Shown here: positions 28,232 through 36,824 of the stretch, one piece after another | Layout: every line of letters starts with the position of its first letter | Position numbering within the stretch: the stretch's first letter is position 1 | Source of the DNA: Candidatus Hydrogenedens sp. | GTDB lineage: Bacteria; Hydrogenedentota; Hydrogenedentia; Hydrogenedentales; CAITNO01 | Length of the DNA: 64,000 nt | Reading direction: 5' to 3' | Assembly (NCBI GenBank): GCA_012522755.1 | Contig: JAAYJV010000113.1 | Coordinates: forward strand, 14,517-78,516 | The notes under the pieces: generated by a model | The model's input: only the letters and a program-made list of their open reading frames with translations | The model's database searches: none | What the model was told of the DNA's origin: nothing | Program-made: the position numbers and the translations under genes

Positions 28232-29432
28232 TTCCGCCCAGAGTCATATCCACCATGGGAATGATCCGGCCTATGCTTTCAATGGTATGAGCGCCATGGG
28301 CTCTTTGCCAGTGTTCCTTGGGAATGGGATTGATCCAGCAGATCCGGGGAAAGCGACGGGCCAGCTTGTTCAACCAGGAGATACTGGAGGGGCTGTTGAA
28401 GTTTGTATAATTGTTCAGTGCCCCGCCGGGAAGTTCCAGTTCTTCCGGTGCCATGGCCGCATCGCCCACAATAACCACGCGTGTATCGGGCTGTCGGAGA
28501 AGCAGTTGTTCCGTTTCCACAGCCCGGGTCCTGTAGAAATCAGACCATAGGGCTTCGTAAATGGTGTTGTGGAAAAATAATGACTGAAGATCTTCAAAAC
28601 GCTCATGCATCTTGGCGAAAAGGATCCGCGTGATTTCGATAAAAGGCGTCATGGAATAGCCCCCATTATCGATGAGAAGAATCACACTTATCTTGTCGCG
28701 GAGATCCCGTTCAAAGACCAGATCGATCTCACCGCCATTTTTCGCTGTCCTGGCAATGGTCTCATCAAGATTCAGACGGGAATAAGGGCCTTCGTTCTTC
28801 ATGTGTTTCATGGCTTCCAGCGCCTGTCTGAGGTTTTCCTCACGGAGCTGATTCCGGTTGGAATATTCCACATATCGCCTGTCGCCGATGACACGGAGAG
28901 CCGAAGAGTTTCGCGAGCGTCCCATGGCACGGACTCCCCGGCTGGCATTGCCACTGTGACCGAAAGGCGAGTTGCCGCCCGTGCCCACCCAGCGGCTGCC
29001 TCCGTGATGCTCTTCCATCTGCTGGCGCAGGGTATCCCAGAAACGGCGCATGAGTTCTTCACTGCCATAATGCCAGAAAGCATGGCGGGGCATCCGTCCC
29101 GACAGGATTTCATTTTCCAGCCAGCGTCGGAATTGTTCCGTACCGAAGAGCGCTTCGTCTCCCTCTTTCACAGGCGGAATGTCAATATCATAAAAATAAA
29201 AAGCGAAGGCCCGTTCAAATGCGTCAGCATGCTCCACACGCTTCACAAAAACAAGTCTCGAAAAAATAAAGAGATCATCCAAAGAGGAGACAATCCCTTT
29301 TTCCAGACCCTGATTCAGTTCCAGCAGCTCTCTCAATCCCACGGGCAAATCATAATCCCGGAGAAGATTCAGAAATGGAACAAAGAGGGCTGTATAGCCT
29401 TGTGCTTCTGATGCGGAGGAAAAGAATCTCAT
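28200..29432 (-). CDS. VWA domain-containing CoxE-like protein
   Basis: C-terminal VWA-like region (…VILLIDNGGYSM…VVIVGDAAM…) within the ~400-aa CoxE-family architecture. It is paired with the downstream CoxD-like ATPase. Its 3' end overlaps the convergent GT2 gene by about 32 nt. Confidence 0.8.
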   Translation of the reverse strand: MRFFSSASEAQGYTALFVPFLNLLRDYDLPVGLRELLELNQGLEKGIVSSLDDLFIFSRLVFVKRVEHADAFERAFAFYFYDIDIPPVKEGDEALFGTEQFRRWLENEILSGRMPRHAFWHYGSEELMRRFWDTLRQQMEEHHGGSRWVGTGGNSPFGHSGNASRGVRAMGRSRNSSALRVIGDRRYVEYSNRNQLREENLRQALEAMKHMKNEGPYSRLNLDETIARTAKNGGEIDLVFERDLRDKISVILLIDNGGYSMTPFIEITRILFAKMHERFEDLQSLFFHNTIYEALWSDFYRTRAVETEQLLLRQPDTRVVIVGDAAMAPEELELPGGALNNYTNFNSPSSISWLNKLARRFPRICWINPIPKEHWQRAHGAHTIESIGRIIPMVDMTLGGIKEMVGRLSG

Positions 29433-29441
29433 AAAATCCTG

Positions 29442-30263
29442 CTATCTGGAGATATTGCGGCGATGTTTCAGAATATCACCGCTCCGCTTCAATAACAGAC
29501 CGGTGAGAGGCGGAAATTTCGGGTCGGGCATCTTGCCTTTACGTTCAAGAGCACCTATCCAGTCAATGAGCTCACTGGTGGCCGGAGGTTTTTCAAAGCC
29601 CCGTTCACGAAGTTCATAAAAAATCTTCAGCGCCGCTTCAATCAGTTCCGCTTTGGTGTGGGGATAGTGGAGAGCGAGGATGGCTCGCATCTCTTCAGGG
29701 GAAGGAAAGGCGATATGATGGCAGAAACAACGGCGCAGGAAAGGATCAGACAGTTCTCTCTTGGCATTGGAGGTGATGAAAATAGCGGGGCGGATCTTGG
29801 CTTTCACCGTCTCATTCACCTCTCTGATGGTGAACTGACATTCTTCGAGAATATCCAGCAGATTGTCCTGCACATCAGATTCCGTTTTGTCGATCTCATC
29901 GAGAAGCAACACCACTTTGCGCTCTGCACGGAAGGCCCGGCCGATGGGACCCCAGATCACATAATCATAGAAAGAATCCACCTGCCGACCGCTCTCTCCT
30001 GAACCGAAGCGGGCATCATTGAGCCGCAGAACGGTGTCCTGCACATAACAGGCCTCTTCGCCTTTGATAGTGGATTTGCAGCGCAGCACCTCCACAGGCA
30101 GCCCCAGAGCACGGGCCGCTTCCAGAGCCAGTTGTGTTTTGCCCGTACCCGCCTCACCGGTGAGCAGAAGAGGCTTTTCCATGGAAAGAGCGATATTCAC
30201 AACAGCCTTCAGCTCCGGCTCCAGATGATAGCGGTCTGTACCTTCAAAATATAAGTCACGCAT
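29442..30263 (-). CDS. AAA ATPase, CbbQ/NorQ/CoxD (MoxR-like) family
   Basis: LLLTGEAGTGKTQLA (Walker A), VVLLLDEIDK (Walker B). 273 aa. Confidence 0.85.
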   Translation of the reverse strand: MRDLYFEGTDRYHLEPELKAVVNIALSMEKPLLLTGEAGTGKTQLALEAARALGLPVEVLRCKSTIKGEEACYVQDTVLRLNDARFGSGESGRQVDSFYDYVIWGPIGRAFRAERKVVLLLDEIDKTESDVQDNLLDILEECQFTIREVNETVKAKIRPAIFITSNAKRELSDPFLRRCFCHHIAFPSPEEMRAILALHYPHTKAELIEAALKIFYELRERGFEKPPATSELIDWIGALERKGKMPDPKFPPLTGLLLKRSGDILKHRRNISR

Positions 30264-30347
30264 AAATTGTTACTCCCGGACAAGTTGCATTTTTTCCGCA
30301 AATATCCTAGCATAGTTCTTCACTCTGGAAATGATCAGGAAAAAGAA

Positions 30348-31835
30348 ATGTCCAATTGGCTCAATTATAACAGCGTTGAAGGCGCTGTCCCACGCCTGGC
30401 CGCTGTCATCATAGTCTACGAACACCGGAAGAATCGGCTTTTATTCGTAAAACGAAATCCGGCACTGTCTTTTATGGGCGGGCACCATGCCTTTCCGGGC
30501 GGTGGCCTTTCCAAAAGCGATACAGGTCAGCGGGTAATTCATGGTTCTGATAAGACAAGTGATGCTTTTCTGACAGCGGCTGTCCGCGAACTCTTTGAGG
30601 AAACGGGACTGCTCCTTACCACAGCAGAGGAGCCTCTGTCCTTTGACAAAGAAGCTTTTCGCCGGAAGACCATTGATGATCCCGCAGTTTTTGAAGCTTT
30701 TTTGAAAGAACAGGGTTTATTTATCGATGGCCGCCAATTTTATTCAGCCGGTCGATGGATTACTCCTTCCTTTTCGCCCATCCGTTTCGATACCCATTAC
30801 TTTTTCTGTGCCCTGCCGGAAGCCTTGCCAGCCACTCCCATGGGCAGCGGAGAAGAAATCGTTGATGTGGAATGGCTCACCCCGGCTGAGGCTCTCGAAC
30901 GCCGTGGAAGTGATGCCATACAAATATCCACTCCCGTGGTCTTTGTGCTCCAGAGACTCAATGCTTTTCCTTTGGAAGAAGCGCTCCAGCGCCTGCGCCA
31001 GACACCCGGCTTCAGCAAGCAGCTTCTCGATTACATTGAACCCTTTCAGGGGATCCATATTGTACCGTTGGAGACAAATACCCTGCCGCCGGCCACACAT
31101 ACCAACTGCGTTCTCATCGGTGAAGAAGCGATTTATATCGTTGATCCCGGTGCGGCCGAAGGAGCAGCGCAAGAGGCCTTTTATACCCATCTGGAAGAAG
31201 TATGCCAGAACGTGGGAGGGAGGCCGGCGGGAATTCTTCTGACCCATGATCACCCGGATCATAATGCGGCTGCAGCGGCTCTCTCCAGACGCTACGAGAT
31301 CCCTGTGTATGCACATAAAGATATCAACTCTTCGGAATTGCCCAGCCAGGAACTGACTGATGGCACAATCCTTGAAATTCCCGGAGCACGTCCCTGGATC
31401 ATCCGCTGCATCCATACACCGGGCCACCATCCCGGGCATATTTGCTTTCTCGAAGAAACGACGGGCACACTCCTCTGTGGTGACATGATCTCCAATCCCG
31501 GCACCATCATGATCGATCCGGACCAGCAGGGAGATATGGGGCTTTATATGGCAAGTCTGGAGCGATTATGCACTTTTCCTGTAAAGCTCACCATACCCGG
31601 CCACGGCGAACCGCTCATGAATGGTGAGGGAATCCGTCTTCTGCAAAAAACCTGGGAACATCGAAAAGCCCGGGAAAGAAAAATCAAAAAACTGTGGGAT
31701 CAGGGCGTACAAACAGAAAAGGAGCTGCTGGCACAGGCCTATGATGACACTCCGCCGGAACTGCACCCTCTGGCATTGCGCCAACTGAAAGCACACCTCA
31801 TACATCTGCTGGGAAAAGACGCTGTTCCCTTCTGA
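30348..31835 (+). CDS. NUDIX hydrolase / MBL-fold metallo-hydrolase fusion protein
   Basis: N-terminal NUDIX box (GGGLSKSD…AAVRELFEETGLLL). The C-terminus is a metallo-beta-lactamase fold (LLTHDHPDHNAAA…, HTPGHHPGH). The start is taken at MSNWL. Confidence 0.7.
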   Translation: MSNWLNYNSVEGAVPRLAAVIIVYEHRKNRLLFVKRNPALSFMGGHHAFPGGGLSKSDTGQRVIHGSDKTSDAFLTAAVRELFEETGLLLTTAEEPLSFDKEAFRRKTIDDPAVFEAFLKEQGLFIDGRQFYSAGRWITPSFSPIRFDTHYFFCALPEALPATPMGSGEEIVDVEWLTPAEALERRGSDAIQISTPVVFVLQRLNAFPLEEALQRLRQTPGFSKQLLDYIEPFQGIHIVPLETNTLPPATHTNCVLIGEEAIYIVDPGAAEGAAQEAFYTHLEEVCQNVGGRPAGILLTHDHPDHNAAAAALSRRYEIPVYAHKDINSSELPSQELTDGTILEIPGARPWIIRCIHTPGHHPGHICFLEETTGTLLCGDMISNPGTIMIDPDQQGDMGLYMASLERLCTFPVKLTIPGHGEPLMNGEGIRLLQKTWEHRKARERKIKKLWDQGVQTEKELLAQAYDDTPPELHPLALRQLKAHLIHLLGKDAVPF

Positions 31836-31904
31836 GAATATACTCAGTTGTCAACCACAATGGAACACAGAGAGCACAGCTGCAACCAAATGATTCTTTC
31901 TCTT

Positions 31905-32712
31905 TTCACCACAGAGGCACAGAGGACACGGAGGACCACCGAGAAATGAGATGACTTTTTAACCACGAAGGAACGAAGGGCACGAAGATTCACGAAGAAA
32001 GTTGAGAAAAAGATTTCTTTCTGCTGGAGACTATTGATTGCCGAAGGTCTCTGACCTGTCCCAAAAACAATTTGCGCCCCTCGCAGATCCGTCCGATCCG
32101 ACTGATCCGACTGATCCGACCGAATCTCAGGAGACCATTGACGCCTTCGAGTATCTTATGTGCCTCACGACATATCCCTGCCGGCATTCCGGTTTTTTTT
32201 TGCTTTTTGTTCTCCCAAGAAACAGAATTGCATATTGTGTATTCCGCGGGTAATGCTTTGACCTTGAGTACTTTCCGGCGTAAAGTTGTATGACGTGGGA
32301 GCGCCAATGTCCCCATTGGCACACATCGCGGCAAAGACAAAGAGTCGATGTAGAACCTTGGCACGACGTAAAGACTTGGGTGTATAAAGAAAGAGGCAGT
32401 CAGAAAAGAGCTGTCATGCCGCATCCAAGACAATATGTTCCTCAAGTCATCATACGCTGTCAGCCAATGTGGAAATTGGCGTTCCCAGGAGTGAATCTCA
32501 ACGTCTTTCAGGGTTTCCCAAGGCATTTTGTCAGAAGACAGGTTGTCGAATCTGTAGTCGCACTACATGTTGCAGTCAAAAGAGTCAGGCCTGCAACAAC
32601 ACAAACTTCTTTGAAAAAATAAAGGAAGTTGACGGGTAGTAACACGGGAAGGAAACAGGCGATATAAAAAAATCTATGATCTTAATGCGTCCACTCTGTC
32701 CACTGATTCCGT
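31905..32712. repeat. Composite intergenic repeat locus C
   Basis: Homologous to locus A (31920-32110 matches 3480-3650) and, in reverse complement, to locus B. The (GATCCGACY)4 VNTR is at 32082-32125, hairpin cores at 32292-32322 and 32459-32489, and the terminal motif ccactctgtccactgatt at 32693-32710. Confidence 0.7.
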
Positions 32713-32812
32713 ATCATCTCAGGCTCTGCTCAAACAAACTCGCAGTGTACAAAATACCTGTTCGGGGTGGTGAGTGTGTTATAATTTTTTTTGGGGCCAA
32801 CCGGAGTCAATA

Positions 32813-33478
32813 ATGAACACTCATAAAAGCAAAAAGCCTAAACAATACAGTCTGATGGAAGAAATCATGAACAGTGCCACCCATGGGGTAGGTTTCGGGT
32901 TGAGCATTGCCGGACTGGTATGGCTGATCCTTCGTGCCGTCTCTTTGCACGATGTCATGAGCCTGGTTGCCGTGATCGTCTTCGGCTCTTCGCTTATCGC
33001 CTTATACGCTGCTTCCACGCTTTATCACGCCATTCCCTGCTTCAGTGCGAAAAAAGTACTGCGTGTCTTTGATCACTGTGCCATTTATCTCCTGATCGCC
33101 GGTACTTATACGCCATTTTTGCTGGTTTCACTGCGTGGCCCTCTGGGCTGGACACTTTTCGGTGTTGTCTGGGGAATCGCCTGTGTTGGCTGCGCTTTCA
33201 AGGCTTTTTTCACGGGCCGCTTCGATCGTGTTTCCACGGCCATGTATGTCGCCATGGGCTGGATCGTGCTTGTAGCCATCAAACCGGCCATCACCCATAT
33301 CCCCGCCGGAGCTCTGGTGATGATGCTGATCGGCGGCCTGCTCTACACTTTCGGCGTGTTTTTCTACGCCAATGATCGTGTGCCCTTCAATCACGCCATC
33401 TGGCACTGCTTTGTCATGGGCGGCAGCGCCATTCATTTTTTCGCCGTGATTATTTATGTGCTGGCGCCCCTGGCCTGA
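32813..33478 (+). CDS. Hemolysin III / PAQR family channel protein
   Basis: …EEIMNSATHGVGFGLSIAGLVWL… and seven TM segments, with Hly-III signatures (H..G, HxxxH-like). Confidence 0.8.
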   Translation: MNTHKSKKPKQYSLMEEIMNSATHGVGFGLSIAGLVWLILRAVSLHDVMSLVAVIVFGSSLIALYAASTLYHAIPCFSAKKVLRVFDHCAIYLLIAGTYTPFLLVSLRGPLGWTLFGVVWGIACVGCAFKAFFTGRFDRVSTAMYVAMGWIVLVAIKPAITHIPAGALVMMLIGGLLYTFGVFFYANDRVPFNHAIWHCFVMGGSAIHFFAVIIYVLAPLA

Positions 33479-33483
33479 TAGGA

Positions 33484-34137
33484 TCAGTGCAGCGCCGGGG
33501 CAAGCAGAAGTGCCGGGGCTTTCGCGGCTTCCTCAGCGGCTTTCCGGGCTTCACGCTCTTTTCTCCACTGCTCGTATTGGGCCGGATAATCTTCCAACAC
33601 CCACTGCTTGAAAGGCTTCGGGCTGCCTTCATAGAGAGCGACGAGATCACCTATAGGCGCATCGTTGAATCCCATTTTGAACTCTTCGCGAGCTCTTTCG
33701 ACTGTGGCGCCATTGAGCAGCACATAGGCGGCTGCAGCGGTACCGGTTCTATGGGTTCCTCCCTGACAATGGGCCAGAAAGGCTTTGGGACCTGTTTCCA
33801 TGAGTTCGATAAATTCGACGAGAGATTCCGGCGACGGAATGCTGTTTTTGGACCAGCTGAAATTGACATGTCTGATGCCGGCCCGTTTACAGGCGGCCAC
33901 TTCGTCATTGTACCAGTCTCTGTCGGTACTCTCGCCACGGAGATTGATGACAGTGCCGATGCCTCTTTTTTTGATAATCCGTTCCAATGCTTTACCGCCC
34001 ATCTGTCGGGAACCGTAAAAGGCTCCTTCTTCAACGGTACGCCAGTTGTACATGGGAAAATAATGGATCACCGGTACAGCAAGAACAAGTACGGCAATAA
34101 GGAACAGAGCACCAATAATTTTAGCCAGAGTTTTCAT
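33484..34137 (-). CDS. Protein-tyrosine / dual-specificity phosphatase-like protein
   Basis: N-terminal TM helix and the HCQGGTHRTG CX5R P-loop. Confidence 0.75.
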   Translation of the reverse strand: MKTLAKIIGALFLIAVLVLAVPVIHYFPMYNWRTVEEGAFYGSRQMGGKALERIIKKRGIGTVINLRGESTDRDWYNDEVAACKRAGIRHVNFSWSKNSIPSPESLVEFIELMETGPKAFLAHCQGGTHRTGTAAAAYVLLNGATVERAREEFKMGFNDAPIGDLVALYEGSPKPFKQWVLEDYPAQYEQWRKEREARKAAEEAAKAPALLLAPALH

Positions 34138-34408
34138 GAAATGCTTTCTTTACGTGTCATTCACGAGGTTTAAGAGGAAAGGCAACCACAGATAGTTTTC
34201 TTTGCTGTGCTTACCTGATCTTCTATTTCCAGATTTTTGGAAGCCTGAGGGTATTTTGATTTATCCGAGAGCCCGACAGAGACCGTCTCCCGGGCGTTGA
34301 TTATGGTACCATAAGCCTAAATTGAGGTCCAACTCTGCTTCTCAATGAGAGTTTCTGAACAGGAAAAGAGTCTTGTCTCTCTCTTTTCCAAGCAAAAGGT
34401 TCGTGTGT

Positions 34409-35656
34409 ATGCGAAGCACCCCTAAATCCATGCGCCTTCATATAGGTCTTTTCGGGCGACGCAATGCCGGGAAGTCCAGTCTGCTCAATGCCATCACAGA
34501 TCAGCAGGTGTCCATTGTCTCTGATGTGGCCGGAACCACCACGGATCCTGTGGAAAAAGCCATGGAACTTCTGCCTTTGGGTCCGGTGCTTTTTATTGAT
34601 ACAGCCGGGCTGGACGATGAAGGCAAACTTGGGGAATTGCGCAAGGAACGGACACGGGCTGTCTTTGAGCGGGTAGATCTTGGCGTCATTGTTTGCGGCG
34701 AAGGGGAGTGGGGGACTCACGAAGAAAATTTATACGCTCTTCTCGAGGAAAAAAAAGTTCCCGTCATCGTCGTTTTCAACAAATCCGAGATTCTCCGTCC
34801 TGCTGCGGCTCTGGTGGAAGCCTTATCTGAAAGGAAAATGACTGTTCTTTCTTTGAGTGCCCTCACCGGGGAAGGATTGGAAGATTTTCGCAAGGCGCTG
34901 CTGGACAGTGCGCCAGCCGACTTTGTGGAACAGCCGGTCATTCTCAGTGATCTGGTGGGCCCGGGTGAATTGGCGGTTCTCGTAACCCCCATTGACAAAG
35001 AGGCGCCCAAGGGCCGTCTGATCATGCCTCAGGTTCAAAGTATCCGCGATCTTCTGGATGGTGATGCCTCTTGTCTGGTCACCACGGATAAAGGGCTTGC
35101 GGATACACTAGCCAAACTTAAAGATCCGCCGAAACTTGTGGTTACCGACTCTCAGGCCTTTTTGAAAGTGGCTGCTGATACACCGGAAAATATTCCCATG
35201 ACCGGGTTCTCCATTCTTTTTGCACGCTATCGCGGTGATCTGGTGACGCAGGTGGAAGGGGCACTGGCCATTGATGGCTTGAAGCCCGGGGATCGCATTC
35301 TCATAGCCGAATCCTGCAGCCATCATCCCATAGAAGACGATATCGGCAGGGTTAAAATACCCCGCTGGCTCATGAATTACGTGGGAGGCGAATTGATTTT
35401 TGATACGGTACAGGGGCATGATTTCAAAATGGACCTGAACCCCTACAGTCTTGTCATTCACTGCGGCGCCTGTGTGACGAACCGGCGTGCCATGCTCAAC
35501 AGACTGCTCCACTGCCACCGTGCCGGGGTACCTGTTACGAATTACGGACTGACCATTGCATACAGCCTGGGCATTTTTGAGCGGGCACTGGAACCTTTCC
35601 CGGCTGCTCTGGAAGCTTTTCAAAAGCATAAGGCCGCGACAGTCGCCCGGAAATGA
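34409..35656 (+). CDS. hydF: [FeFe]-hydrogenase H-cluster maturation GTPase HydF
   Basis: N-terminal GTPase (LFGRRNAGKSS, DTAGLDD, NKSE) and the C-terminal CSHH…HCGAC motif typical of HydF. The start could be 34409 or 34430. Confidence 0.8.
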   Translation: MRSTPKSMRLHIGLFGRRNAGKSSLLNAITDQQVSIVSDVAGTTTDPVEKAMELLPLGPVLFIDTAGLDDEGKLGELRKERTRAVFERVDLGVIVCGEGEWGTHEENLYALLEEKKVPVIVVFNKSEILRPAAALVEALSERKMTVLSLSALTGEGLEDFRKALLDSAPADFVEQPVILSDLVGPGELAVLVTPIDKEAPKGRLIMPQVQSIRDLLDGDASCLVTTDKGLADTLAKLKDPPKLVVTDSQAFLKVAADTPENIPMTGFSILFARYRGDLVTQVEGALAIDGLKPGDRILIAESCSHHPIEDDIGRVKIPRWLMNYVGGELIFDTVQGHDFKMDLNPYSLVIHCGACVTNRRAMLNRLLHCHRAGVPVTNYGLTIAYSLGIFERALEPFPAALEAFQKHKAATVARK

Positions 35657-35730
35657 ATTCAGAAGGGAAACAATGCCCCGCCAGCCGGTGTTATGCATGA
35701 TACCGACAATTACCTGATCAGGAAGAATCC

Positions 35731-36804
35731 ATGTCTGATTTTTTGAAAAACAAGAGCCTGGTAGAAGTGGAAGGCTGGCTTCGTGAAGAAGATCCCGGCC
35801 GGCTGGAAGAATTATGGGTGGCGGCAGATGAAACCCGACGCCGCCTGGTGGGTGATGAAGTTCATCTCCGGGGACTCATTGAAATCTCGAACTACTGTAT
35901 CCGTGCCTGTGCCTATTGCGGTTTGCGGGCTGGCCATGGCGATGTGGAACGTTACCGGCTAAGCCGTGAGGAGATTCTGGAATGCGCCCGCCTGGCTGTT
36001 CAATTTGAATATGGAACCGTCGTATTGCAGTCCGGGGAAGATTATGGCATCAAGCGTGGCTGGCTCACAGACATCATAAAAACCATCAAAGCGCAATACA
36101 ATCTCGCCGTGACACTCAGTCTGGGCGAGCGTCCTGACGAGGATCTGCAGGAATGGCGGGAAGCCGGTGCGGATCGCTATCTGCTTCGCTTTGAGACTTC
36201 GGATAGGGAATTGTATGAGCGTATCCATCCGCCTGCAAAGGGTCAGGAGATCAGCGACCGTCCCGCCATGCTCCGACGGCTGAAAGCGCTGGGCTATGAA
36301 GCGGGGAGTGGTGTCATGGTGGGTATTCCCGGGCAGAGCTATCGGATTCTCGCAGAGGATATTCTCCTCTTCCAGAATCTCGATCTCGATATGATCGGCG
36401 TGGGGCCCTTTATCGCTCATCCCGAAACACCTCTGGGGCGGGGCGAGATGCCTTTTGCGTCTGAAGGGATGCAGGTACCCAATACGGAACTCATGACGTA
36501 CAAAACCGTTGCTCTTACAAGGCTCGTCTGTCCTGAAGCGAATATTCCCAGCACAACAGCACTGGCTACGATCAATACGGCTCTGGGCCGGGAACTGGGC
36601 CTGTCCCGGGGAGCCAATGTCATCATGCCCAACCTGAGCCCTGTCAAATACCGGGCTCTCTATGAGATTTATCCGGCGAAAGCCTGTATTGACGAGGCCG
36701 CAGAGGACTGTCAGGGCTGTATGAAGGGACGCATACGCAGTATCGGCCGGATTCCGGGTTCAGGTCCCGGCGGACGGAAAAAGGCTGTTCTCCCGCAAGA
36801 ATGA
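35731..36804 (+). CDS. hydE: [FeFe]-hydrogenase H-cluster radical SAM maturase HydE
   Basis: IEISNYCIRACAYCGLR (SN.C...C.YCGLR, HydE/BioB-like), about 350 aa, directly downstream of hydF. Confidence 0.8.
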   Translation: MSDFLKNKSLVEVEGWLREEDPGRLEELWVAADETRRRLVGDEVHLRGLIEISNYCIRACAYCGLRAGHGDVERYRLSREEILECARLAVQFEYGTVVLQSGEDYGIKRGWLTDIIKTIKAQYNLAVTLSLGERPDEDLQEWREAGADRYLLRFETSDRELYERIHPPAKGQEISDRPAMLRRLKALGYEAGSGVMVGIPGQSYRILAEDILLFQNLDLDMIGVGPFIAHPETPLGRGEMPFASEGMQVPNTELMTYKTVALTRLVCPEANIPSTTALATINTALGRELGLSRGANVIMPNLSPVKYRALYEIYPAKACIDEAAEDCQGCMKGRIRSIGRIPGSGPGGRKKAVLPQE

Positions 36805-36824
36805 GTCTTCTCCCGGTAGGGGCG

